Shown piece after piece: positions 1-9,773 of a stretch of DNA of 64,000 bases. Under the pieces are notes generated by a model, which worked only from the letters and a program-made list of their open reading frames with translations, had not been told where the DNA came from and did not search any database. The position numbers were made by a program, and so were the translations under genes. Within the stretch, counting starts at the first letter, position 1. Each line of letters begins with the position of its first letter. Origin of the DNA: a bacterium (GTDB lineage Bacteria > Sysuimicrobiota > Sysuimicrobiia > Sysuimicrobiales > Kaftiobacteriaceae); contig DATDQT010000124.1 of assembly GCA_035292085.1 (NCBI GenBank), positions 3,434 to 67,433 of the forward strand, read 5' to 3'.

Positions 1-59
1 CCGAACCCGCGCTCCTCGTCACCGAGGGACGGGGCGGGGCACCCGAACTGCCGTCCGTC

Positions 60-1319
60 GTGGACACCACCGGGTGGTTCTGGGCCAGGGTCGACTGGCT
101 GAATGCACTGGTGCGCGAGCGGTACGGACTGACAACGACCGTACTGCGCTGCGTCTCCTCGACCGTCGACGAAGAGACGAAGACGGGGACGCGGATCTAC
201 GTTCTGGACACACATCCACCCGCATCGGCGCCGGCGGGAACGCGGTGGGCCCGGCGCGATGACCTCGCACGCCGGCCCCTGGGTGACGCGATTCAGCAGG
301 CGCAGGTGGAAACATGGCTGGCGGAAGCAGCCGGTGCGCCCATCAGCCCGCTGCGCGCCCCATGGGCCCGGCCGGGGTGGTTTGCTGAAGCCGCGGGTTG
401 GGTGGAGCGCACCGTCGCGGCCCACGGGGTGAACCAGACCGGGGCCGTCGAGCAGGTCCGGGCCTGGACGATCTCCACCATTTTGACAGCCCCGACGGAC
501 GCCGGCGATGTGTACTTCAAAGCGTCGGGCGCGTCGTTTCCCCGCGAAGCCGCCATCACGGCCATGCTGGCCGCGAACTGGCCGCGGCTGCTGACGCCGG
601 TGCTTGATGTGGATGCCTCGCGGTCCTGGCTGCTGATGCACGATCTGGCCGGGATGCGACTGGATCGCACCGCGGACGTCACGCGGTGGGAGGCGGCGCT
701 GCGCACCTACGCCGGGGTGCAGATCGAGGCCATTGGGCACACCGACGCGCTGCTCGCCGCCGGCTGCCAGGACCGGCGGCTGGCCGGAATGCACGGTGAA
801 ATCGATGCCGCGCTGGCGGACACGGCGTCGATGGCGCCGGATCACCCGAACCGCCTCACAGACGAGGAGATCGACGCCGTGCGCGCGCTCGCCCCGATGC
901 TGCACGCTGCGGTGGACCGGCTGGCCGCCGGACCCATCCCCGAAACCCTGGAGCACGGCGACTTTCACCCGGGGAACATCGTGGACACCACCGACACCAT
1001 CCGGATCTACGACTGGTCGGACGCCTGCGTCGCGCACCCGTTTTTCAGCCTGCTGCCGTTCTTCGCCTACAACTACCCGCTCCCCGAAACCCGCGCCGCC
1101 GTCCCTCGCCTGCGCACGGCGTACCTCGAGCCGTGGACGCGGTACGCTCCAATGGCGGCCCTGCTGGTGATGGCCGAGGAGGCGCGACGGATCGCGGTGG
1201 TCCAGCAGGTGATGAGCTACCGGCACATCCTCGAGACGGTCGAACCGGCGCTGCGGTGGGAATGGCCGGATGCCATCCCGTACTTCCTCCGGATGCTGCT
1301 GCGCGACCCGACGCCGTGA
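60..1319 (+). CDS. Kinase-like phosphotransferase (aminoglycoside/choline kinase APH fold)
   Basis: 419-aa ORF with catalytic-loop motif HGDFHPGNIV and downstream IYDWSD. GTG at 60, but the same frame has no stop back to nt 3, so the 5' end may lie outside the window. Confidence 0.65.
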   Translation: MDTTGWFWARVDWLNALVRERYGLTTTVLRCVSSTVDEETKTGTRIYVLDTHPPASAPAGTRWARRDDLARRPLGDAIQQAQVETWLAEAAGAPISPLRAPWARPGWFAEAAGWVERTVAAHGVNQTGAVEQVRAWTISTILTAPTDAGDVYFKASGASFPREAAITAMLAANWPRLLTPVLDVDASRSWLLMHDLAGMRLDRTADVTRWEAALRTYAGVQIEAIGHTDALLAAGCQDRRLAGMHGEIDAALADTASMAPDHPNRLTDEEIDAVRALAPMLHAAVDRLAAGPIPETLEHGDFHPGNIVDTTDTIRIYDWSDACVAHPFFSLLPFFAYNYPLPETRAAVPRLRTAYLEPWTRYAPMAALLVMAEEARRIAVVQQVMSYRHILETVEPALRWEWPDAIPYFLRMLLRDPTP

Positions 1320-1380
1320 AGGGTGGACCTTCCGGAAAGAGAATAATGCTCGGGTTCGCTTCGTTGTGGATGGGCAAGAG

Positions 1381-1776
1381 ATGACGCAGAAGCAGATCGA
1401 GATCATCCTGATGCGGCAGCTGGCCAGCTACCTGGCCCTGCCGATCTTCATTGTGGATCCTCAGGGCAACTTGATCTTCTTCAATGAGCCCGCCGAAGCG
1501 CTGCTGGGCCGCACGTTCGACGAAGCGGGCGAGATGCCGATGAGCGAGTGGTCGACGATCTTCGAGCAGTCGGACGAACACGGCAATCCGCTGTTGCCGG
1601 ATGAGCTGCCGCTGGTGAAAGCCCTGAAAACGCGGCGGCCGGCGTACCGCGCCCTGCGGATCATGGGGCTCGACGGCGTCCCGCGCCGCCTGGAGGTCAC
1701 CGCCTATCCGCTGGAAGGACAGGGCGGCCGGCTGCTCGGCGCGGCGGCACTGTTCTGGATGCTCGATCACGAATGA
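1381..1776 (+). CDS. PAS-domain sensor-like protein (single domain)
   Basis: ATG at 1381 (MTQKQIEIILMRQLA...). PAS-like sequence PIFIVDPQGNLIFFNEPAEALLG. The stop overlaps the next start (ATGA at 1773). Confidence 0.55.
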   Translation: MTQKQIEIILMRQLASYLALPIFIVDPQGNLIFFNEPAEALLGRTFDEAGEMPMSEWSTIFEQSDEHGNPLLPDELPLVKALKTRRPAYRALRIMGLDGVPRRLEVTAYPLEGQGGRLLGAAALFWMLDHE

Positions 1777-2609
1777 AAATCACCCTGTGGGGGACCCGCG
1801 GATCGCTGCCCAGTCCGGGTCCTGAAACCGTCCGCTACGGCGGCAATACGTCGTGCGTGGAAGTCCGCAGCAATGACGGCACCCTCCTCGTCCTCGACGC
1901 CGGCACCGGCATCCGCCGGCTGGGCAACGTGATCGAGCCCGACATCGTGCGGATCGACATCCTGCTCACACACCTGCACATGGACCACATCCAGGGTTTC
2001 GGATTCTTTGGGCCCCTGTTCCGGCCGGGCCTCGACGTCCATGTCTATGGGCCGCCGTCGACGACGCACGATCTGCGCACGCGGCTGACCAAGTACCTGT
2101 CGCCCCCGCTGTTCCCCGTCCGGCTGCGGGACCTGCCCGCCCGGCTGTCCCTGCACGACGTGCCGATGGAACCCTTCAGCGTCAACGGGCTGCGCATCGA
2201 GGCGTCTTTGATCTCGCATCCCGGGCCCACGGTCGGCTACCGCATCTCGGACCGCTCGGGCACGCTGGCGTACATGCCCGACCACGAACCGGCCCTGGGC
2301 GTTGAAAAGTTTCCGCTACCGGCGGATTGGACGTCGGGCACCGCGCTGGCGGCCGGCGCCGACCTGCTCATTCATGACTCGCAGTACACGCTGTGGGAAT
2401 ACGCCGACCACGTGGGCTGGGGGCACAGCGCGATCGAGCATGCGGTGGCGTTCGCGGCGGTGGCGAAGGTCAAACGCCTCCTCACATTCCATCATGATCC
2501 CGGGCACTCGGACGAGATGGTCGATCGCATGGAGCAGGCCGTGCGCACGCAGCCGCTCCCGTTCGAGTTGATCACCGGACGCGAGGACGCCACGTTCAAG
2601 ATTGGATGA
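1773..2609 (+). CDS. MBL-fold metallo-hydrolase
   Basis: 278 aa with HxHxDH motif (LLTHLHMDHIQG). Translationally coupled on both sides by ATGA overlaps. Confidence 0.8.
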   Translation: MKITLWGTRGSLPSPGPETVRYGGNTSCVEVRSNDGTLLVLDAGTGIRRLGNVIEPDIVRIDILLTHLHMDHIQGFGFFGPLFRPGLDVHVYGPPSTTHDLRTRLTKYLSPPLFPVRLRDLPARLSLHDVPMEPFSVNGLRIEASLISHPGPTVGYRISDRSGTLAYMPDHEPALGVEKFPLPADWTSGTALAAGADLLIHDSQYTLWEYADHVGWGHSAIEHAVAFAAVAKVKRLLTFHHDPGHSDEMVDRMEQAVRTQPLPFELITGREDATFKIG

Positions 2610-3826
2610 GCTGGATCACCCGCGACGGGCGCCTGATCCTCGCCGCCCGCGGGCTGCGCACGTTTGCCTACGGGTTCCTCTCGGTCCTCCTGGGCGTGTA
2701 CCTGGAGCAGGCCGGCTTCGCGCCGTGGCAGGTCGGCGCGGTGCTGACGGCCACGCTGGCGGGGTCGGCGGTGCTCACGGTACTGTTCTCGCTCTACGCC
2801 GATCGCATCGGCCGCCGCCGGCTCCTGCGGGTCAGCGCGCTGCTCATGGGCGCGTCCGGCCTGGCGTTCGCGCTGACCAACCATTATCCGCTGCTGATTC
2901 TCGCGTCGCTGACGGGGACGATCGGGGCCACGTCAGGGGAAGTCGGACCGTTTCTCTCGCTGGAACAGGCGATCCTTCCGCAGACCGCCCCGGTGACACG
3001 GCGGAACGCGCTGTTCGGTCTCTACAACATGATCGGGGCATTTGCCGGCGCCGGGGGCGCGCTGGCGGCCGGCGCACCGGCACTGCTCGAGCGCTTTGCC
3101 GGGTTCAGCGAGCCGGCGTCGCTGCGGGCGATGTTCTACCTCTACGCGGCGCTGGCGGGGCTGACGTTGGGGCTGTTCGCCCTGCTCAGTCCGCAGGTGG
3201 AACTGGCGCGGACGGCCGGGCTGCCGGTCGCGTCCGGACTGGGACGGTCGCGCCGGACCATCTTCCGGCTGTCGGCGCTGTTCGGCCTCGACTCCCTGGC
3301 GGGCGGGTTCGTCGTCCAGAGTCTGATCGCGTTCTGGTTCCACCTGCGCTGGGGGGCGGGGCCGGAACTCCTCGGCCCGATCTTCCTGGGAGTGGGCCTG
3401 CTGCAGGGCATTTCCTTCCTGGTGGCCGCGCGGGTCGCCGATCGCATCGGCCTCATCAACACGATGGTCTTCACGCACCTACCCAGCAACATACTGCTCA
3501 TGGCGATTCCGCTGGCGCCGTCGCTGACCTGGGCAGTCGTGCTGACGCTGGCCCGCCATGCGCTCTCGCAGATGGACGTCCCGACCCGTCAGAGTTACGT
3601 CGTCGCGGTCGTCGATCCGGAAGAACGCACGGCGGCGGCGGGAGTCACCAACGTCGTCCGCAACGTGGCGCAGGCCGTGACGCCCGTGCTCTCCGGCTAC
3701 GCGATGCAGATCGTCTCGCTGGGGTTGCCCTTCTTCATCGGCGGCGGGCTGAAGATCGTCTACGACCTCAGCCTGTATGCGATGTTTCGACGGATCAGAC
3801 CGCCGGATGAAACGAGCGTGCGATGA
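2606..3826 (+). CDS. MFS transporter
   Basis: 406 aa, about 12 hydrophobic segments, MFS loop motif YADRIGRRR. Confidence 0.8.
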   Translation: MSWITRDGRLILAARGLRTFAYGFLSVLLGVYLEQAGFAPWQVGAVLTATLAGSAVLTVLFSLYADRIGRRRLLRVSALLMGASGLAFALTNHYPLLILASLTGTIGATSGEVGPFLSLEQAILPQTAPVTRRNALFGLYNMIGAFAGAGGALAAGAPALLERFAGFSEPASLRAMFYLYAALAGLTLGLFALLSPQVELARTAGLPVASGLGRSRRTIFRLSALFGLDSLAGGFVVQSLIAFWFHLRWGAGPELLGPIFLGVGLLQGISFLVAARVADRIGLINTMVFTHLPSNILLMAIPLAPSLTWAVVLTLARHALSQMDVPTRQSYVVAVVDPEERTAAAGVTNVVRNVAQAVTPVLSGYAMQIVSLGLPFFIGGGLKIVYDLSLYAMFRRIRPPDETSVR

Positions 3827-3835
3827 GAGACGCCC

Positions 3836-5014
3836 TCAGACAGCGGCGAGTGCCTGGTCGAAGTCGGCCAGCAGGTCGGTTTCGTCTTCCACGCCGACGC
3901 TGACGCGGATGAGACCGTCGGTGATGCCGGCGGCCTCGCGGACGTCGCGGGGCATGTGGACGCTGGACAGGCTCGCCGGATGCGAAACCAACGTCGTGAC
4001 GCCGCCGAGGCTGGTCGCCCGTTTGCAGACCCGCAGTGATTCGAGCACGCGCACACCCGCCTCGTAACCGCCGGTGACCTCGAAACTCAGCATCCCGCCG
4101 AAGCCGCGCATCTGGCGTCTGGCGACGTCGTGACCGCGGTGGCCGGACAGGCCGGGATAGTGGACGCGCTCCACGCGCGGGTGAGGGGCGAGGAACTCGG
4201 CCAGGGCTTGGGCGGAACGGTTCTGCCGCTCGACGCGCAGGCCGAGCGTGGCCAGTCCGCGGAGCACGAGCCAGGCCCCGAACGGGTCGATCGTGGTGCC
4301 GAAGATCCGGGCGTGTCGCTTCGACGCGTGGACGAACTCGCGGGTGCCGGCGAGCGCGCCGGCGGTGACGTCGTGGTGGCCGCCGAGGTATTTAGTCGCG
4401 CTGTGGACGACGACGTCCACGCCCAGCGCGATGGGGCTCTGGTTGTAGGGCGTGGCGAAGGTGTTGTCGGCAATGGTCATCGCCTCCCGGCCGCGGGCCA
4501 GCGCGACGACACCGGCAATGTCGGTGATATCCAGCACGGGATTGTTGGGGGTCTCGATGTACAGCAGCCGTGTGCTGGGCCGCAGGGCGCGCTCGTACGA
4601 CTCCACGTCCGTATCGGTCAGCAGCGTCGCGTCAATGCCGTACTGGGGGAGGACCTCGGCGAACAACTGGTACGACGCCTGGTAGATGGCGCGCGGGGCG
4701 ACCGCGTGATCGCCGGGTTTGAGCACCGTCATCACCGCCGACGTGACCGCGGCCATCCCCGACGACAGCGCCAGCGCGTCTTCGGCCCCTTCGAGCAAGG
4801 CAACCCGCTCTTCCAGCACGCGCGTCGTCGGGTTCGCCCAGCGCGTGTAGATGTAGCCGGGCGGGACCTCCTGCCCGATGCGGATGCCTTCTTCCGCGGT
4901 ATCGTAGTAGTACGTGGCAGTCTGATAGATCGGCGGCGCGACCGATTTGTTGGCGTCATCGATCCTGCCGCCGTGGATGGCTTTGGTGGTGAAGCCCCAA
5001 CGAGCGCTCATCAT
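3836..5014 (-). CDS. Cys/Met-metabolism PLP-dependent enzyme (cystathionine gamma-synthase/lyase or methionine gamma-lyase family)
   Basis: PLP-lysine motif SATKYLGGHHD. N-terminus MMSARWGFTTKAIHGG. ATG ATG at 5014 preceded by GAGGTG. The ORF-track extension to 5314 is rejected. Confidence 0.85.
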   Translation of the reverse strand: MMSARWGFTTKAIHGGRIDDANKSVAPPIYQTATYYYDTAEEGIRIGQEVPPGYIYTRWANPTTRVLEERVALLEGAEDALALSSGMAAVTSAVMTVLKPGDHAVAPRAIYQASYQLFAEVLPQYGIDATLLTDTDVESYERALRPSTRLLYIETPNNPVLDITDIAGVVALARGREAMTIADNTFATPYNQSPIALGVDVVVHSATKYLGGHHDVTAGALAGTREFVHASKRHARIFGTTIDPFGAWLVLRGLATLGLRVERQNRSAQALAEFLAPHPRVERVHYPGLSGHRGHDVARRQMRGFGGMLSFEVTGGYEAGVRVLESLRVCKRATSLGGVTTLVSHPASLSSVHMPRDVREAAGITDGLIRVSVGVEDETDLLADFDQALAAV

Positions 5015-5044
5015 AGGCACCTCAAGTGAGGGATTTCCGCCGGA

Positions 5045-5060
5045 GGGGTCTGACCCCTTG
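5045..5060. repeat. Family C repeat copy (GGGGTCTGACCCCTTG, 6-1-6 palindrome)
   Basis: Its reverse complement is identical to the 16-nt core CAAGGGGTCAGACCCC of the tandem repeat at 53960-54017. Confidence 0.85.
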
Positions 5061-5075
5061 GCGTAGGGGGTCTGT

Positions 5076-5927
5076 GTGAAGTTTGGGGCGCATGTCAGCA
5101 TCCGGGAGCACCTGCACCTGGCCGTGGACCGGGCCGTGGCCATCGGCTGCGAGTGCCTGCAGATCTTCGTCGGCAGTCCCCGGCAGTGGCGCGAAACCGC
5201 GTATCCGGACGAGGAGTACGCCCTGTTCATCCGCAAGCGCCGGGTGGCCGGGCTCGATCCGCTGGTCGCGCATGGGGCGTACCTGATCAATCTGGCCGCA
5301 TCAGATCCGCTCATCTATCAGCGTTCCACCGCCGCGTTGATCTACGCGGTACGCGTGATGGACCGGCTGCGCGGCCTGGGCGCGATCACCCACATCGGCA
5401 GCCGCGGCGACCGGCCGTGGGAAGAAGCGCGCACCAGGGTCGTGGCGGCGCTGGCCGTCGCGTTGGAGCGCACCGACCGCGCGATGATTCTGCTGGAGAA
5501 CAGCGTGGGCGCCGGCGGGTACGTGGGGAGCTCATTTGAGGAACTGCGGGACATCCTGGCCGCGCTGCGCTGGCACCGCAGGGTGGGCATCTGCCTGGAT
5601 TCGGCGCACCTGTTCGCCGCGGGCTGGGACATCCGGACGCGCCGGGGCGTCGATGCCGTGATCGAGGCGTTCGACGACACCGTAGGCTTAAAGCGGCTGA
5701 AAGCCCTCCACCTCAACGATTCGGCCGTCCGGCTGGGCGCGCGGGTGGACCGGCATGCCAATATCGGTGAAGGGTACATCGGGCGCGGGGGATTCCGGGC
5801 GCTGGTGAATCATCCGGCGTTGAGCCATCTGGCGGGAGTCATCGAGACGCCGGGATTCGATCATGAGGGGCCGGATAAGAAGAACCTGGAGGTACTCAAA
5901 AGGCTACGCAGTCAGCGCCAATCCTGA
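5076..5927 (+). CDS. nfo: Deoxyribonuclease IV (endonuclease IV, AP endonuclease family 2)
   Basis: MKFGAHVSI N-terminus and HLNDS...DRHANIGEGYIG motif. GTG start at 5076. Confidence 0.85.
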   Translation: MKFGAHVSIREHLHLAVDRAVAIGCECLQIFVGSPRQWRETAYPDEEYALFIRKRRVAGLDPLVAHGAYLINLAASDPLIYQRSTAALIYAVRVMDRLRGLGAITHIGSRGDRPWEEARTRVVAALAVALERTDRAMILLENSVGAGGYVGSSFEELRDILAALRWHRRVGICLDSAHLFAAGWDIRTRRGVDAVIEAFDDTVGLKRLKALHLNDSAVRLGARVDRHANIGEGYIGRGGFRALVNHPALSHLAGVIETPGFDHEGPDKKNLEVLKRLRSQRQS

Positions 5928-5959
5928 GATTGCTTCGTCGCTCCGCTCCTCGCAATGAC
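5924..5959 (+). repeat. Family B half-element (CTGAGATTGCTTCG-N-CTCGCAATGAC)
   Basis: Shares the GATTGCTTCG and CCTCGCAATGAC blocks with the right half of the 97-bp palindrome at 44079-44175. The nfo stop codon (5925-5927) lies inside it. Confidence 0.85.
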
Positions 5960-5968
5960 AGGGGATGC

Positions 5969-7006
5969 CTACTTCGCGCGGGTGGGTTCGCCGGTCGGTT
6001 TAATGCGGAGGAAGAACGCCTCCAGCGCCAGCCGGGGGTGTACGTTGCGGCGCAGCGCGTCTTTGGCAACCTGCACGGCCAGGATGCGGTCGTTGAGCTG
6101 TGCCGGATCGATCGACGCGGCGAGCGACGCGATCGCATCCTTCCGGTCGAGGTTCACCAGCAGCGCGTCGTCGGGAGTTTCTCGCCAGACGAGCAGGTCG
6201 CGGTACCAGAACAGCGCGATGTCCAGCATCTCGGGCAGGTTTTTTTTGTCCTTCGCCAGTTCCTCGGCCGCATCGAGCCGGGCGAGGAGATCGGGCCGCT
6301 CGAACCACACCAGCAGGTCCAGCACCCGCTCGCGCAGCGCCAGCGCGGCCTCCGACGTCGCCCACGTCACGGCGCGCCCCAGCTGACCTCCGGATAATGA
6401 CCCCAGGAAGCGGGCCTGGCCGGGCGGCACACCGTGGCGCTCGATCAGCGCTTTCTCGATCAGCGGCAGCGGGATCAATGAGAAGCGCACGAGCTGGCAG
6501 CGCGATACCACGGTCGGCAGCATCGGCACGGTCGACTCGGCGATGAGGATGATGACCACCTGCGGCGGTGGTTCTTCGAGCACCTTGAGCATACTGCTGG
6601 CGGCATCTCTGTCCATCCGGTCGGCGTTCACCAGGATGTAGACTTTCGATCCACCTTCGACCGGCGGGTATACGACCTGACGGCGCAGTTCCCGGATCTG
6701 GTTGATGCCAATGAAGGTTTTGGTCGTATCGTCCGGATCCAGGAGCAGCCCGCGCTCCACGTCGACGAGCCGGACGTCGGGATGCTGGCCTTTGAGAACG
6801 AGCCGGCAGCCGCGGCACTCGCCGCAGGCATCCTCATCGACCGGCCGCTCGCAGTTGAGCAGCTGCGCGAACGCCCTGGCGGCCTCGAGGCGGCCCACCC
6901 CCGGCGGTCCGACGAAGAGGTAGGCGTGCGCGACGTGCTTCGCCCGCACCGCTGAGCGCAGGAGCAGGACGGCATGATCCTGGTTGACGAGATCCCTAAA
7001 CGCCAT
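5969..7006 (-). CDS. holB: DNA polymerase III subunit delta'
   Basis: HAYLFVGPPGVGR Walker-like motif, 345 aa, downstream of tmk-darA as in Bacillus. Confidence 0.85.
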   Translation of the reverse strand: MAFRDLVNQDHAVLLLRSAVRAKHVAHAYLFVGPPGVGRLEAARAFAQLLNCERPVDEDACGECRGCRLVLKGQHPDVRLVDVERGLLLDPDDTTKTFIGINQIRELRRQVVYPPVEGGSKVYILVNADRMDRDAASSMLKVLEEPPPQVVIILIAESTVPMLPTVVSRCQLVRFSLIPLPLIEKALIERHGVPPGQARFLGSLSGGQLGRAVTWATSEAALALRERVLDLLVWFERPDLLARLDAAEELAKDKKNLPEMLDIALFWYRDLLVWRETPDDALLVNLDRKDAIASLAASIDPAQLNDRILAVQVAKDALRRNVHPRLALEAFFLRIKPTGEPTRAK

Positions 7007-7015
7007 GTCCCTCTC

Positions 7016-7354
7016 TCATATGCGCTCCATTCGCTCGATGGAGAGGACGAAGACGATCGCGCCGCCCACTTCCACCTTCACCGGATAGGTCACGTACGAA
7101 TCCACCGGTTCGATGACCGCCGGCATCGGGCTGACCAACTGTTCGCGGCGCTGGCACACCCGCTGGATGGTCGCCACGACCTGATCGACCTGACGGTCTT
7201 CGACGCCGGTGAGGATCGTCGCATTCCCTTCGCGCAGGAAGCCGCCGGTGCTGGCGAGGATCGTGGCCTGGGTGCCGTCCTCGGTGAGGGCATCGATCAA
7301 CCGGGCCGAATCCTTTTCCTGCACGATGGCTAGGACGAGCTTGATGCCCGCCAC
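7016..7354 (-). CDS. darA: Cyclic-di-AMP receptor, PII-like (YaaQ/DarA family)
   Basis: 112 aa: IKLVLAIVQEKD...ILASTGGFLREGNATILTGV. Positioned between tmk and holB. GTG start overlaps the tmk 3' end by 25 nt. Confidence 0.8.
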   Translation of the reverse strand: MAGIKLVLAIVQEKDSARLIDALTEDGTQATILASTGGFLREGNATILTGVEDRQVDQVVATIQRVCQRREQLVSPMPAVIEPVDSYVTYPVKVEVGGAIVFVLSIERMERI

Positions 7355-7992
7355 CCCCTCGCCCGCAGGAACTCGTCGACGATCCGGACGATGTCGCCGT
7401 GCACCGCGCGCTGTGCGCGCGACGCATCGATCACGCGTACGCGGTGCGGTTCTTCTTGCGCAATCGAAAGGAATCCTTCCCTGACGCGCTGCTGGAAGGC
7501 GATGCCTTCCTGTTCCAGACGGTCGCCGGTGCCGCGCTGGCCTTCCTTTCCTTCGGCCGCCTGCGCACGGCCCAGCCCGACGCCGGGATCGATATCCAGC
7601 AGCAGGGTGAGGTCCGGCTGCAGCCCCTGCGTCGCCACCGCGTTCACCATCCGGACGAGGTCGACGCCCAGGCCCCGCGCATATCCCTGGTAGGCGAGGG
7701 ACGAATCCACAAATCGTTCCGACACCACGATGCGGCCGGCCCGCAGCGCCGGGTCGACGATCTCCGACACAAACTGCGCCCGCGACGCCGCGAACAGCAG
7801 CATCTCGGTCTGCGCGCTCATCGCGGCATCGCCCAGCAGGATCCGGCGGATCTGCTCGCCGACCACCGTGCCGCCGGGCTCACGCGAGTAGAGGACATCG
7901 GCGGCGCCGCGCAGGTACTCGCTGAGCAGGCGCGCCTGCGTCGTTTTCCCCGACCCGTCGGGGCCTTCGATGGTGATGAAGAGACCGCGCAT
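7330..7992 (-). CDS. tmk: Thymidylate kinase
   Basis: [20 protein letters not shown]-loop. ATGA overlap with the upstream gene. Confidence 0.9.
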   Translation of the reverse strand: MRGLFITIEGPDGSGKTTQARLLSEYLRGAADVLYSREPGGTVVGEQIRRILLGDAAMSAQTEMLLFAASRAQFVSEIVDPALRAGRIVVSERFVDSSLAYQGYARGLGVDLVRMVNAVATQGLQPDLTLLLDIDPGVGLGRAQAAEGKEGQRGTGDRLEQEGIAFQQRVREGFLSIAQEEPHRVRVIDASRAQRAVHGDIVRIVDEFLRARGWRASSSS

Positions 7993-9530
7993 CAGCGCGG
8001 GAAGACGACGACGCGGCGGAAGGGCTCTTCGCCCCGGCTCTCTGACGCCAGGCCGTAGCGCTGGATGAGCTGGTGCTGGAGCCGGCGGACGTAGGAGTTC
8101 TGCGGAGAGAGTTCGACCGGCTGGGTGGACTTGAGGGCCTCGGAGATCGCTTCTTCGACCTCGCGCAGCGCCAGTTCCTGGTCGTCTTCGCCTTCCACTT
8201 CAAAGATGCTGCGGAGGAAGGCCTGGATCTGGCTGACCGTGTTGCTCTTGAGGATGTGCATCGGCTTGCCGCGGGCGGCGGCCTCGCGGAGTTTCTTGGG
8301 CTGGCGGCGCTCCTGCGACTTCAGCGTCAGCACGATGTCGGCGTCGACCAGATTCTCGGCGACGTAGGCCGGCACGCGCAGTTCCTTGATCGCCCGCTCG
8401 AGGCGGTTGCGGCTGACGGCGTACGGATAGATGCGGGCGATGCGCCGGCCCGGCCGTTCCGCATCCTCCGACGGCGCCGGCGCCAGCGGCCCCTGCGCGG
8501 CCCACGCCGCGGCCTTGGGCGGCGGCGCTTCGATCTCCACTTCACCGGCGGCGGTGCGGATGCGGGTCTCCGGCCGCGGCACCACCCCGCGGAGGAAGCG
8601 GTCCACCACCGTCGCGACGTCGTGGTGGACGGCCAGGCGGTCCTTCTCCACGATCTCGATGACGACGTCGAACGTCGGGGGGGCCTTGCGCTCGAGCACC
8701 GTCTTCTGGGTGCCGCGCCGGCGCGCTTCCTCATCGGACAGGGTGACCGCCTGGATGCCGCCGACGAGGTCGGACAGCGTCGGATTCTGCAGCAGGTTGT
8801 CCAGCGAGTTGCCGTGCGCGGTGGCGATCAACTGCACGCCGCGTTCGGCGATCGTGCGCGCCGCCAGCGCTTCGGCTTCGGTGCCGATCTCATCGATGAC
8901 GATCACTTCCGGCATGTGGTTTTCGACCGCCTCGATCATCACGGCGTGCTGCAGCTCCGGATGCTGGACCTGCATGCGCCGGGCCCCGCCGATCCCCGGG
9001 TGCGGGATGTCGCCGTCGCCGGCGATCTCATTGGACGTGTCGACGACGACCACGCGCTTGTTGAACTCGTCGGCCAGCACGCGGGCGGACTCGCGCAGCA
9101 GCGTGGTCTTCCCGACGCCCGGCCGGCCCAGCAGCAAAATCGACTGCCCGGATTCGATGACGTCGCGGACGATGTCGACCGTCCCGACGACGGCACGGCC
9201 CACGCGGCAGGTCAGCCCGATCACTTCACCCTGGCGGTTGCGGATCGCGGAGATGCGGTGCAGCGTCCGCTCGATCCCCGCGCGGTTGTCCTTGCCGAAC
9301 GCCCCGACCCGCGTGGTGACGAACCGGATTTCGTCCGGCCCCACGTAGCCGTCGTTGAGGTAGACGACCCGGCCGGGAAACCGCGCCTCCGGGCGCCGGC
9401 CCAAGTCGAGCACAATCTCGAGCAGCGCTTCCAGGTCGGGCTGCGTCGTCAGGTCCTCCCGGAGATGCCCGGGGAGGACGTTGAGCAGCAGATCCAGGTT
9501 GTCGGTGATTTGAATCTGTCGTGGCACCAC
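7992..9530 (-). CDS. AAA ATPase with C-terminal R3H nucleic-acid-binding domain (Ycf45/SpoIIIAA-like)
   Basis: Walker [12 protein letters not shown], Walker [11 protein letters not shown]-terminal R3H-like [32 protein letters not shown]. Start set at GTG 9530, 9 nt after GGTGGAGGG. The ORF-track extension to 9962 overlaps the rlmI-like gene. Confidence 0.75.
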   Translation of the reverse strand: MVPRQIQITDNLDLLLNVLPGHLREDLTTQPDLEALLEIVLDLGRRPEARFPGRVVYLNDGYVGPDEIRFVTTRVGAFGKDNRAGIERTLHRISAIRNRQGEVIGLTCRVGRAVVGTVDIVRDVIESGQSILLLGRPGVGKTTLLRESARVLADEFNKRVVVVDTSNEIAGDGDIPHPGIGGARRMQVQHPELQHAVMIEAVENHMPEVIVIDEIGTEAEALAARTIAERGVQLIATAHGNSLDNLLQNPTLSDLVGGIQAVTLSDEEARRRGTQKTVLERKAPPTFDVVIEIVEKDRLAVHHDVATVVDRFLRGVVPRPETRIRTAAGEVEIEAPPPKAAAWAAQGPLAPAPSEDAERPGRRIARIYPYAVSRNRLERAIKELRVPAYVAENLVDADIVLTLKSQERRQPKKLREAAARGKPMHILKSNTVSQIQAFLRSIFEVEGEDDQELALREVEEAISEALKSTQPVELSPQNSYVRRLQHQLIQRYGLASESRGEEPFRRVVVFPR

Positions 9531-9603
9531 GAGTGGCTTCCCTCCACCTATGCTGCGGTCAGGGAGCGCGGCCAGGTTACCCTCGGTGCGGTGAGAGACT
9601 GGG

Positions 9604-9637
9604 CGAAACGAAATGAGGGGAACCGGGCGGCTCCCCT
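9604..9637 (-). terminator. Terminator-like hairpin inside the 5' leader of the Ycf45-like operon
   Basis: On the minus strand, AGGGGAGCCGCCCGGUUCCCCU is followed by CAUUUCGUUUCG, about 75 nt upstream of the start codon. Confidence 0.35.
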
Positions 9638-9764
9638 GCCGTCGCAACTGTGCCTCGCGGGATCGGTTGTGTGAATCGATCCGGTAGTGACGGATGTCAG
9701 TTCGCGCGCGACCCGGAGCGCGTCGGTGTGGCCATTGGAATGGGTCCGCGCATGTCCTACCCGT

Positions 9765-9773
9765 ACTATACCA
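9765..9773 (-). promoter_or_regulatory. Candidate extended -10 promoter (TGgTATAGT)
   Basis: Minus-strand TGGTATAGT sits directly after the rlmI-like stop and about 235 nt upstream of the 9530 start. I found no convincing -35. Confidence 0.4.

Noticed and set aside
2602-3810. 402-aa plus-strand ORF in an alternative frame of the MFS transporter gene.
   Set aside because: The frame starting at 2606 gives a coherent 12-TM transporter. The alternative frame gives an R/G/A/P-rich polypeptide.
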